From Acutalibacteraceae bacterium (GTDB lineage: Bacteria; Bacillota; Clostridia; Oscillospirales; Acutalibacteraceae): 64,000 bases of DNA. The notes under the pieces are model-generated. The model was not told where the DNA came from and did not search any database. It worked only from the letters and a program-made list of their open reading frames with translations. The stretch covers positions 4,029-68,028 of the forward strand of contig JAZQJE010000031.1 in the NCBI GenBank assembly GCA_045541495.1, given 5' to 3'. Shown piece after piece: positions 35,014-43,233 of the stretch (positions are counted from its first letter, which is position 1; each line of letters begins with the position of its first letter). The position numbers and the translations under genes were made by a program.

Positions 35014-36027
35014 TTAGTATGTGTAACTGTCATACACTTCTTGCAATCGATGGGGATAATCGGTCATGATACCGTCCGCACCGATATCAATCAGTTCTTT
35101 CATTTCCTTCGGATCGTTGATCGTCCAGTAATGGACTGCCAAATTGTGACGATGAGCGGTGTTTACCAATCCTTTGGTAGACAGGTCAAACCCCAATTGC
35201 TCGGTGGGAAGTTGAAACACGCACATACCGTCAGTAAAGAAAACGTCCAATTTTAACAACTGCAACACAAAAAAGGTGGTAGCACCGCCGGTTGCGGGAG
35301 AATACATAAACGTGTCGGGCACTTCTTTGTCCCGTTGCATACGTTTGAATTCGGCATATATCTCGTCGTGAAAACTCGCCAGTACCACCCGATCAAAGGC
35401 ATCGTGTTTTTCTAACAAACGAATCACTTCGTCTAACGCCCTAAAGCCCAGATCACCGGATTGTTTGATCTCTACATTGATACGATTGTCAGGGAACGCC
35501 ACGATTAGGTCTTCCAACGTGGTGGTGAGAAAGACCCGCTCGTCCCGTGGAGAAACGCCGACAGGATAGGGCACGTCCGTGGGATATTTTTCTACGCCGT
35601 TATCGTCGGTGAAATGTTGCCGTTCACCCTTTAACACACCATCCTCTGTAGGATTGGTATACCCAAAATCCACCTTTTGAGCCATCAAATCGGTATAATT
35701 CCAGTCGGCAATGTCACCGGTTACATTGGTTTTACGGTCCAACGTGGTATCGTGAGACAAAATGATCACGCCGTCTTTCGTGATGCTGACATCCGTTTCC
35801 ATCATGACCCGTTCATCCACACTGTAAGCGTTGTAAAAGGCTTCCAATGTATTGTCGGGGAACTCCCGATTTCCGCCGCCGTGGGCGATCAAGATCGGAA
35901 GCGTTTCCTCTTTCTTCATGGGATTATCCAATAAAAAGTTCTGCGGACGCGGCCAAAACGCCAACACACTGTAGATCAGCACAACACTTGCCACTACAGC
36001 AGCAAGGATCTTCCATCCTTTTTTCAT
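35014..36027 (-). CDS. membrane-anchored glycerophosphodiester phosphodiesterase family protein
   Basis: N-terminal TM helix, then GDPD motifs (IAHGGGNREFPDNTLEAF, ETDVSITKDG, INVEIK). GAGAGG RBS lies 9 nt before the ATG at 36027. Confidence 0.8.
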   Translation of the reverse strand: MKKGWKILAAVVASVVLIYSVLAFWPRPQNFLLDNPMKKEETLPILIAHGGGNREFPDNTLEAFYNAYSVDERVMMETDVSITKDGVIILSHDTTLDRKTNVTGDIADWNYTDLMAQKVDFGYTNPTEDGVLKGERQHFTDDNGVEKYPTDVPYPVGVSPRDERVFLTTTLEDLIVAFPDNRINVEIKQSGDLGFRALDEVIRLLEKHDAFDRVVLASFHDEIYAEFKRMQRDKEVPDTFMYSPATGGATTFFVLQLLKLDVFFTDGMCVFQLPTEQLGFDLSTKGLVNTAHRHNLAVHYWTINDPKEMKELIDIGADGIMTDYPHRLQEVYDSYTY

Positions 36028-36152
36028 GCCATCCATCCTCTCGTTAATGCCTATTCGTATCATACCACATTCCGTACTGCTTGACAAGTAACGGCACACG
36101 ACAAAAAGCCCGTTCCTTTTACGCCAAGCGTTGATAAGGAACGGGCTTTTTG

Positions 36153-37307
36153 TCAATTACCCATCACTTGTGCAATAGCCTCACGGGCCGTGTTTACACT
36201 GTCTTCGTTGGGAATGACCACACTGAGTTTTTGCGATCCCGTTGAATAGCAAGCGCGGGATCCGCCGCTGCCGGTTACGGAAAGGCTCTGAATATCCCAA
36301 GAAGGGAATTTATCCAACTGATAGTTGATGAGAGACCGTATTTCATTTAAGGAAATGTTGGTCTTGGTATGAGATGTCACGACATTTAATAACGTGTTGA
36401 TCTTACCGGGTTGCAAGATCGCGGGCGAGGTCACTTTATCAAAGATCGCTTTGATAACCAACTGCTGATTGACACCTCGTTGCAAGTCACCGGAGGAAAA
36501 ACTGTGCCGTTCACGGGCAAAGGCCAACGCCGCATCGCCGGTCAGTTCGTTTTTGCCTTTCACGAACTGATAGGTATCGCCCGACAAGGAATATTTGCTG
36601 GAAAACGCATATTGCGAATCCACCGTAATACCGCCCACGGCATCCACGATCTCCACCACGGAATGGAAGTTGACCCGCACATAGTAGTTGAACTGTACAT
36701 CGAAAAACGCGCCCAACGTTTCCATGGAACAAGCCGTTCCGTAGTTACCTGCGTGGGTCAGCTTGTCCATCTTTTCCAAATTGCCGTTCAGCGGAACATA
36801 GTAATCCCGCGGGACATTGACCATCAAGATCTTATTGGTTTTGGGATTGACAGCGATCAACATATTGACATCGGAAAGGGCTCTTTCCGCAATGTTTTCC
36901 GAATTGCGGGTATCCACACCTGACAAATAGATGAGGAAGGGCTCTTTTTGTACTTCTACCTGTATGGAATCCACTTCCGCATCGGGATCGGGCAGTTTGA
37001 TCAGCGAACGGTACAGCGTATGTAACACGCTGGTGCCCAGTAACGTGACCAGCAAGATCACAACACTCAACACCACGCTGACGATTTTCGCCCATTTGGC
37101 CCGCTCAAAGCGGATGAACAAGAAAATCTGCAGACCGATGACCAACGCCAATAATACCGCCAATAAAATGGTGTATTTCAAAGGAATCAACTGCATATAG
37201 CCGATGTAAACGACAGAACCGATAGCAAAAACACATTCGAGAATCACCAATATGCGTACAATGATCTGTCGGATCATGGGGAGCTTTTCACGCCATTCCT
37301 GTTTCAT
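36153..37307 (-). CDS. LytR-CpsA-Psr (LCP) family cell-wall glycopolymer transferase
   Basis: N-terminal TM helices and an LCP core (LIAVNPKTNKILMVNVPRDYYV...RERHSFSSGDLQRGVNQQ). Confidence 0.88.
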   Translation of the reverse strand: MKQEWREKLPMIRQIIVRILVILECVFAIGSVVYIGYMQLIPLKYTILLAVLLALVIGLQIFLFIRFERAKWAKIVSVVLSVVILLVTLLGTSVLHTLYRSLIKLPDPDAEVDSIQVEVQKEPFLIYLSGVDTRNSENIAERALSDVNMLIAVNPKTNKILMVNVPRDYYVPLNGNLEKMDKLTHAGNYGTACSMETLGAFFDVQFNYYVRVNFHSVVEIVDAVGGITVDSQYAFSSKYSLSGDTYQFVKGKNELTGDAALAFARERHSFSSGDLQRGVNQQLVIKAIFDKVTSPAILQPGKINTLLNVVTSHTKTNISLNEIRSLINYQLDKFPSWDIQSLSVTGSGGSRACYSTGSQKLSVVIPNEDSVNTAREAIAQVMGN

Positions 37308-37390
37308 AATATCCTCCTTTTATTCCTCACGGAACTTCTCGTACAGGGTGAGTATACCGCTTTCTTTTCGTTTCGTCAAGTTTAGATTGT

Positions 37391-38623
37391 TTAGAAGAAA
37401 ATGACAAGTGCTTGTGATACCAACACTACCGCCACCAAGGCTACCGGATAGGTGGCCGCATAGGCCATGGCCACGTCTTCGGTACCCGCCACGTGGATGA
37501 GTGTGCTTAAAGCGGGTGTGCTGGTCATCCCGCCCGTGATCGAGCCCAAGGCGTTGAGCAAGGGCAATTTCAGCACATATTTGGCAAATAAATACCCGAC
37601 GGTTAAAGGAACGATGGTGATGATCACGCCATACAGGAAGTAACTCCATTTGAAATTTTCCACAAATTGGACACCGCCCGCAATACCTGCGCCTACCAAG
37701 AACAATACCAATCCCAATTCCCGAAAAACCCGCAAGGTGGTTTCGGGCGGAATCAAACAAAGGCGGCCGCATCTGCCGAAATGACCCAGCAGCAACGCCG
37801 TTAACAAGCAGCCGCCCGTGGAAGTGAGAGAAAATACCGGACCAATCTTGATCGTACCGATCACAATCCCCACTGCCGCCGCCAGGGCGAACACCGTCAG
37901 GCCATAAGGATCCATGGTGACCGTTTGGTTATCCGAAACCGAAACTGTCTTAATTTCAATGACCCGCGCTAATTTTGCGCGTTCTACCGCCATATCGGCT
38001 TTTTCCAATTTAGGTATGATTTGAACAAATAATACCTTTCCCACCACACCGAACAGATAGGCAATGCCGTACCCCACCGCCACGATGCCCTCTTGTTCAG
38101 CGACTACCGTGCTTTTGGCGGCGGAAAAGGCCGGCGTGGACGTGATGGCGCCGGAAAAGATACCCGCCATCATGCCGGTGAACGAAGGAGAATCGGCTTC
38201 GCCGCCAATCGTTCGGCCAAACCATAAACACACCGCGGCGGTCACACCACCCATCGCCACCACCACAAGTCCTAATAACACATAGGATTTAAAGTGACGT
38301 TTGATATTGTTAAAAAAGGCGGGGCCGGCGATAAACCCGATGGAGGTCACAAACAGTATCAAGCCCGCATTTTCCACCATCTTTAAGGCTTGGGTCGTAT
38401 AATGGACGGCCTCATCGGCGGTGGTTATGGTTAATTGTGCATTCAATGGCCCGTACAAAAAGCACCCGAACGCCAACGCTGCCAAAAACACACCTGCGTT
38501 CCCCAGTGACATGCCTTTGATGGTAATACGACCAAGACCGTAACCCACGGCAACAACGGCTACAATACAAAACAAAAAAAACGAGATATCCGTGACGGAT
38601 ATCCCGCCATGAAATAAGGCCAT
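37391..38623 (-). CDS. AspT/YidE/YbjL-type (AAE family) duplicated-domain transporter
   Basis: Two homologous 5-TM halves (GLGRITIKGMSLG... and GHFGRCGRLCLIPP...). GGGAGGG RBS lies 9 nt before the ATG at 38623. Substrate unknown. Confidence 0.6.
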   Translation of the reverse strand: MALFHGGISVTDISFFLFCIVAVVAVGYGLGRITIKGMSLGNAGVFLAALAFGCFLYGPLNAQLTITTADEAVHYTTQALKMVENAGLILFVTSIGFIAGPAFFNNIKRHFKSYVLLGLVVVAMGGVTAAVCLWFGRTIGGEADSPSFTGMMAGIFSGAITSTPAFSAAKSTVVAEQEGIVAVGYGIAYLFGVVGKVLFVQIIPKLEKADMAVERAKLARVIEIKTVSVSDNQTVTMDPYGLTVFALAAAVGIVIGTIKIGPVFSLTSTGGCLLTALLLGHFGRCGRLCLIPPETTLRVFRELGLVLFLVGAGIAGGVQFVENFKWSYFLYGVIITIVPLTVGYLFAKYVLKLPLLNALGSITGGMTSTPALSTLIHVAGTEDVAMAYAATYPVALVAVVLVSQALVIFF

Positions 38624-38650
38624 GTAAACAATCCCTCCCATTATCTGTTT

Positions 38651-38679
38651 ATTGTACCAAGATATTGCCGTTTTTTCAA
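38651..38679 (-). promoter_or_regulatory. promoter of the transporter gene
   Basis: Minus strand reads TTGAAA, 17 nt spacer, TGgTACAAT. Confidence 0.45.
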
Positions 38680-38687
38680 CCGATAAA

Positions 38688-38720
38688 ACAAAAAAGCTCT
38701 TGCCTATTTTCGGCAAGAGC
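38688..38720 (-). terminator. intrinsic terminator after the CBS gene
   Basis: Minus strand reads GCTCTTGCC-gaaaata-GGCAAGAGC followed by TTTTTTG. Confidence 0.75.
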
Positions 38721-38726
38721 AAAAAT

Positions 38727-39179
38727 TCAGGCATATTCGTGTTGGCGGGGATCGGTGGTTTTTGGCTGATAGAAATGGCGAATGATATCCCGACGGGTAA
38801 CGATCCCGATAAAGGAACCTAAGTCGTCGATCACGGGGATAAAGTTTTGGTGCATGGCCCGTTCCACCAGTTGGTCGATACCGGCGGTGATTCGTACCGG
38901 CGGGTTACGATCAATCCGCAACACATCCCGTACAACCACTTCTTCAAGGGATTCTGACGAGATCGTCTGCAACGACTCCCCTATCTGCTGTTGTTCTTGC
39001 ACCAGATACCATAAAAAATCGCCCTCGCTGACGGTGCCCACATACCGATTTTCACGGGTGACGACGGGCAATGCGGAAAAACCACTTCGTTTTAGTTTTT
39101 CCAATCCTTGGCGGATGGTGTGATCTTCATAAATACAACCAACTTGGCTTTTCGGGGTTAAAAAGTATGCCACATTCAT
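38727..39179 (-). CDS. CBS domain pair protein
   Basis: Two CBS motifs (ALPVVTRENRYVGTVSEGDFL, IPVIDDLGSFIGIVTRRDII). AGGAGG lies 7 nt before the ATG at 39179. Confidence 0.8.
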   Translation of the reverse strand: MNVAYFLTPKSQVGCIYEDHTIRQGLEKLKRSGFSALPVVTRENRYVGTVSEGDFLWYLVQEQQQIGESLQTISSESLEEVVVRDVLRIDRNPPVRITAGIDQLVERAMHQNFIPVIDDLGSFIGIVTRRDIIRHFYQPKTTDPRQHEYA

Positions 39180-39244
39180 ACGTTTGCCTCCTGACACGAT
39201 CATTTTATCATTGGGGCATGAATAATCCGTGAATAACCCTAAAA

Positions 39245-39727
39245 TTATTTGTGATATTTACTGCCGGCTGTAATTTGCATGGCGCGATAGAGCTGTTCCA
39301 GCACCATTACCCGTGCCAATTGGTGAGGAAAGGTCATGGCGGACATGGACAGGCGCAAACGGGCGCTTTCTTTCACCAGATCCGACAGGCCGCAGGAACT
39401 GCCGATGACGAACGCCACATGGCTCACCCCGTCTACCGCCCATTTTTCCAGTTGGCCCGAGAGTTCGGGGGACGTCATCCCTTTGCCTTCGATACACAAC
39501 GCGATCATGGACGCGCCGGCGGGAATACGGGAAAGCAAACGATGGCCTTCCGCCTGTAACGCGGCGGTGATTTGCGCGTCGGACGGATCGGCGGGCAATC
39601 GTTCTTCTTCCACTTCCACTATATGCAGTTTGCAAAACGGCGATAACCGTTTACTGTATTCCGCGCAAGCTGCGCGCCAGTATTCTTCTTTTAAGCGGCC
39701 TACACAGGCAATGGTTACCGTTAACAT
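39245..39727 (-). CDS. rlmH: 23S rRNA (pseudouridine1915-N3)-methyltransferase
   Basis: SPOUT family RlmH pattern (IACVGRLKEEY...FVIGSSCGLS...LSMSAMTFPHQLARVMVLEQLYRA). GAGGAG lies 7 nt before the ATG at 39727. Confidence 0.9.
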   Translation of the reverse strand: MLTVTIACVGRLKEEYWRAACAEYSKRLSPFCKLHIVEVEEERLPADPSDAQITAALQAEGHRLLSRIPAGASMIALCIEGKGMTSPELSGQLEKWAVDGVSHVAFVIGSSCGLSDLVKESARLRLSMSAMTFPHQLARVMVLEQLYRAMQITAGSKYHK

Positions 39728-39742
39728 GGGTGTTCTCCTCAT

Positions 39743-40528
39743 TTAAAAGATCAAGGTGGGCCCGTTGTTTTCGGGCGGGGCCACCTGTAACACATAATCG
39801 CGGTTTTCTGTAAACCCCTGCGCGGTGAGCACAGCGGCAGAAGCAGCCGCAGCCAAAGGCGGCAGATTGTTTTCACGGCTTAAATGGCCGAGGAATACAC
39901 GGGTCGTGCCTTGCCGTATGAGAGCGGGAAGTTCCGCGGCACAGGCTTCGTTGGATAAGTGCCCCACTGAGGACAAGATCCGCCGTTTGAGCACGTACGG
40001 GTACGGGCCGTTTTCCAACATGCGGATGTCGTGGTTGGATTCGATATGTATAAGATCACAACCTGTCAAACCGTCCCGCACCGCATCGGTCATTTCTCCC
40101 AAGTCGGTGGCGATACCCACGGTGCGTCCGTCTCGCAGTTCCACGCGAAATCCTGTGCTTTCCCGACAGTCGTGGGAAGTGGGAAAAGCGGTCACACGAA
40201 AATCGTCAAAACAGGCTTCGGTGACGGGTAAACAACGGTCGCTATCCGCCAATGCGGCGGTGTCACATAAACCCTCGCGTGTGCCCTTTGAGGCAAAGAT
40301 CGGCATACCGTACCGTTTTTGCAACACCCGCAGGCCCGCCGTGTGGTCGGTATGTTCGTGGGTAACGAAAATAGCGCCAATACGGCGGGGATCGATGTCC
40401 CGTTCCTGCAAGGCCCGTTCAATACGGCGGGCGCTGACACCCGCGTCGATTAAAATACCGCTATCCGGTGTGCCGATATATAAGCAGTTTCCGCTGCTGC
40501 CGCTGAATAACGGACAAAATCGTGCCAT
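39743..40528 (-). CDS. MBL-fold metallo-hydrolase (YycJ/WalJ-like)
   Basis: FSGSSGNCLYIGT...ILIDAG...THEHTDH motif set. AAGGAGGG RBS lies before the ATG at 40528. It sits upstream of rlmH, as in many Firmicutes. Confidence 0.8.
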   Translation of the reverse strand: MARFCPLFSGSSGNCLYIGTPDSGILIDAGVSARRIERALQERDIDPRRIGAIFVTHEHTDHTAGLRVLQKRYGMPIFASKGTREGLCDTAALADSDRCLPVTEACFDDFRVTAFPTSHDCRESTGFRVELRDGRTVGIATDLGEMTDAVRDGLTGCDLIHIESNHDIRMLENGPYPYVLKRRILSSVGHLSNEACAAELPALIRQGTTRVFLGHLSRENNLPPLAAAASAAVLTAQGFTENRDYVLQVAPPENNGPTLIF

Positions 40529-40580
40529 GCCCGCCCTCCTTTCTATCCTACAAAAACGGCGCACATTTGTGCGCCGTTTT

Positions 40581-41864
40581 TTATGCTTGTTTGATCATGG
40601 GTTCGGTCTCGGTGATTCGACGAATGTCCGCACCCAGTTTCCGAAGTTTGTCCACAATGTCTTCATAACCGCGTTCGATGTATTGGATATCTTCGATCTC
40701 GGTGACACCTTTGGCCGCCAACGCCGCTAATACCATAGCCGCACCGGCACGCAGGTCCACCGCTTTGACGGGGGCCGCGGTTAGTTGGTTGCCGCCTTGC
40801 ACCACCGCTAATTTACCGTCTACCTGAATTTCGGCACCCATGCGACGAAGTTCATCCACATAGCGGAAGCGGTTATCCCATACACTTTCATTGATAATGC
40901 TTGTCCCCTCCGCCATGGTAAGCAACACGGCGATCTGCGGTTGCATATCCGTGGGGAAACCGGGGTGAGGCATGGTTTTGACATTACAATGACGGGTGGG
41001 GCCGGGACAGGAAACACGAATCTCCTCATCAAACTCTTCCACCAAGGCACCCATTTCTTGCAATTTAGCGGTGATGGATTCCAAATGTTTGGGGATAACG
41101 TTGCGCACGGTGATATCGCCGTGCGTGGCAACCGCCGCCGCCATATACGTTCCCGCTTCGATCTGGTCGGGAATAATGGAATAGGTGGTGCCGTACAACC
41201 GCGCGACACCGCGAATCTTGATGACGTCGGTACCCGCGCCGCGGATATCCGCGCCCATGGAGTTTAAGAAGTTGGCCAAATCCACGATATGGGGTTCCTT
41301 GGCGGCGTTTTCGATCACGGTCATGCCGTCGGCACATACCGCTGCCAACATGATGTTGACCGTGGCGCCTACCGACGCCATATCTAAGTAGATGGATCCG
41401 CCTACCAGTGCTTCGGCGCTGGCATCGATCATACCGTCTTTCATGGGCGGGATCTGGGCACCTAAACAGGCAAATCCTTTAAGATGTTGGTCGATGGGGC
41501 GCACACCAAAGTTACAACCGCCCGGCATAGGAACGCGGGCGCGGCCGAAGCGGCCCAATAACGCACCGATAAAATAATAAGACGCGCGCATTTTTTTAGC
41601 CAGATCGTGGGGCACGGTCTGTGTCACGATGGTACTGGAATCAATCTCCACCGTATGAGAATCCAGGCGGCGGACAATGGCACCCAATGCCGATAAGATC
41701 TCAAGGGCGGTGGCAACGTCAGCAATATTCGGGATGTTTTCGATACAACAAACGCCATTTGCCAATACCGTGGCCGGCAAGATTGCCACAACGGCGTTTT
41801 TGGCACCGCTGATATCCACTGTTCCGTGCAGACGATTTTCGCCGCGGATAAGATACTTATCCAC
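40581..41864 (-). CDS. murA: UDP-N-acetylglucosamine 1-carboxyvinyltransferase
   Basis: Full-length EPSP-synthase-fold MurA, including the catalytic PGGCNFGVRPID motif. The second GTG at 41864 (MDKYLIRGEN), 8 nt after GAAGGGAG, is preferred to the ORF-track GTG at 41873. Confidence 0.93.
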   Translation of the reverse strand: MDKYLIRGENRLHGTVDISGAKNAVVAILPATVLANGVCCIENIPNIADVATALEILSALGAIVRRLDSHTVEIDSSTIVTQTVPHDLAKKMRASYYFIGALLGRFGRARVPMPGGCNFGVRPIDQHLKGFACLGAQIPPMKDGMIDASAEALVGGSIYLDMASVGATVNIMLAAVCADGMTVIENAAKEPHIVDLANFLNSMGADIRGAGTDVIKIRGVARLYGTTYSIIPDQIEAGTYMAAAVATHGDITVRNVIPKHLESITAKLQEMGALVEEFDEEIRVSCPGPTRHCNVKTMPHPGFPTDMQPQIAVLLTMAEGTSIINESVWDNRFRYVDELRRMGAEIQVDGKLAVVQGGNQLTAAPVKAVDLRAGAAMVLAALAAKGVTEIEDIQYIERGYEDIVDKLRKLGADIRRITETEPMIKQA

Positions 41865-41940
41865 AAAAGCCACTCCCTTCCGATGAAATGAAAAAGCCGC
41901 ATATCACATGGGCTGACAACTTGAAATTACACCACTAAAT

Positions 41941-41968
41941 AGTATACCATACTTTTTAGAAAAATCAA
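41941..41968 (-). promoter_or_regulatory. murA promoter
   Basis: Minus strand reads TTGATT (41968-41963), 16 nt spacer, TGgTATACT (41949-41941). Confidence 0.5.
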
Positions 41969-42064
41969 ACATTTTCTTATATTTTTTTGTGTTATCCACA
42001 ATATATAGTATGTTCAAGTTGTCTGAACCTTAGACATGCAAGCATTTTCCACGCAAAAAATTTT

Positions 42065-42718
42065 TTAAAAACCGAGAGATTCTCCCACTAAAATGACTTT
42101 GATACGTCCCGCTTCCCGCTGATATCCCATGGCCATATAGGTACAGCAGATACGGGCGGACGAGGCACAACCGTCGGTGCACCACTCGCCGTCTTTCCCC
42201 ATACATTCGCCGCGTTCATGGCAATAGGTGGTGCAATGCAACCGTTTCGCATTAAGGGGTGCGGCTACCGTTTTCACCCGTTTTTCCGCTTCTTTTAAAT
42301 CGGCTACTACTTTGTTGCAACCGACCACCACAATCACCGAACGAGGGCCGAAACACATGGCAGCAATGCGGTTGCCATTGCCGTCTACATTGTACAATTC
42401 GCCACGTAAGGTAACGGCGTTGCTGGAGCAGAGATACGTATCCGCCGAAAACGAACGGCGGAAGAGATCGGTTACTTGTTCGCGGGTGAGATCGGGGGCA
42501 TACCGATCCAAAAACTGATAATCGCCGCCGCGAAGCAGGTCGATCACGCCTAATTCGTCCAATGTGCGAGAGCCACCCACCGCTACCGTGTTGCCTGTAT
42601 GTAACAATTTTTTTAGGAGCGGTACCACCTCGTCAGCAGTATCCACCACATACGATTCCATATTGTTGCGGCGCAACGCTTCGGCAACAGCGTTCAACGA
42701 TTGACGGGTCGTCATCAT
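42065..42718 (-). CDS. LUD (lactate-utilisation/YkgG-like) domain protein with Cys-rich C-terminus
   Basis: LUD-domain-like core (NTVAVGGSRTLDELGV...VVVGCNKVV) and a C-terminal Cys cluster (CTTYCHERGECMG...CTDGC...ICC). Confidence 0.6.
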   Translation of the reverse strand: MMTTRQSLNAVAEALRRNNMESYVVDTADEVVPLLKKLLHTGNTVAVGGSRTLDELGVIDLLRGGDYQFLDRYAPDLTREQVTDLFRRSFSADTYLCSSNAVTLRGELYNVDGNGNRIAAMCFGPRSVIVVVGCNKVVADLKEAEKRVKTVAAPLNAKRLHCTTYCHERGECMGKDGEWCTDGCASSARICCTYMAMGYQREAGRIKVILVGESLGF

Positions 42719-43164
42719 TCGATATCCTCCCCGTTTTCAAGGGCGGTGATCAGATTCACACGGCGTTGATGGCGGCCACCTTCAAACTCGGTAGTGAGAA
42801 AGGTGGTCACGATCATTTTGGCCAGTTCCGGACCCACCACACGGGCGCCGATGGCCAACATGTTGGCATCGTTGTGTTGGCGAGTTAATTTGGCGGAATA
42901 AGGCTCACTGCAAAGAGCACAACGAATTCCTTTTACCTTGTTGGCGGATAAACTGATGCCGATTCCCGTCCCGCAGATAACAATACCCTTATCGCATTCC
43001 CCCGATGCCACCGCTTTGGCGGCGCGGGCACCGAATACCGGATAGTCACAACTGTCGGTAGTATAAGTACCGAAATCCCGATATTTCAGTCCCATGTCGG
43101 TGAGCAGGGCTTGGATCTCCCGTTTCATATCGAGAGCAGAGTGGTCACAGGCAATAGCGATCAT
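42715..43164 (-). CDS. rpiB: ribose-5-phosphate isomerase B
   Basis: MIAIACDHSALDMK...ICGTGIGISLSANKV...NDANMLAIGARV is the RpiB/LacAB signature. AGGAGG lies 7 nt before the ATG at 43164. Confidence 0.92.
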   Translation of the reverse strand: MIAIACDHSALDMKREIQALLTDMGLKYRDFGTYTTDSCDYPVFGARAAKAVASGECDKGIVICGTGIGISLSANKVKGIRCALCSEPYSAKLTRQHNDANMLAIGARVVGPELAKMIVTTFLTTEFEGGRHQRRVNLITALENGEDIE

Positions 43165-43233
43165 CACAATTCCTCCTAAAAAAAGGAAACGGATTGCCTT
43201 GTACATTCCGTTTCCTTTCCTTTGTTATCGAAT

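Noticed and set aside
41913-42024. Phase-variable (invertible) murA promoter
   Set aside because: This is not adopted as the primary interpretation. The repeats are only 11 bp, no invertase is nearby, and the target is an essential housekeeping gene. It is kept as a low-probability alternative in the findings.
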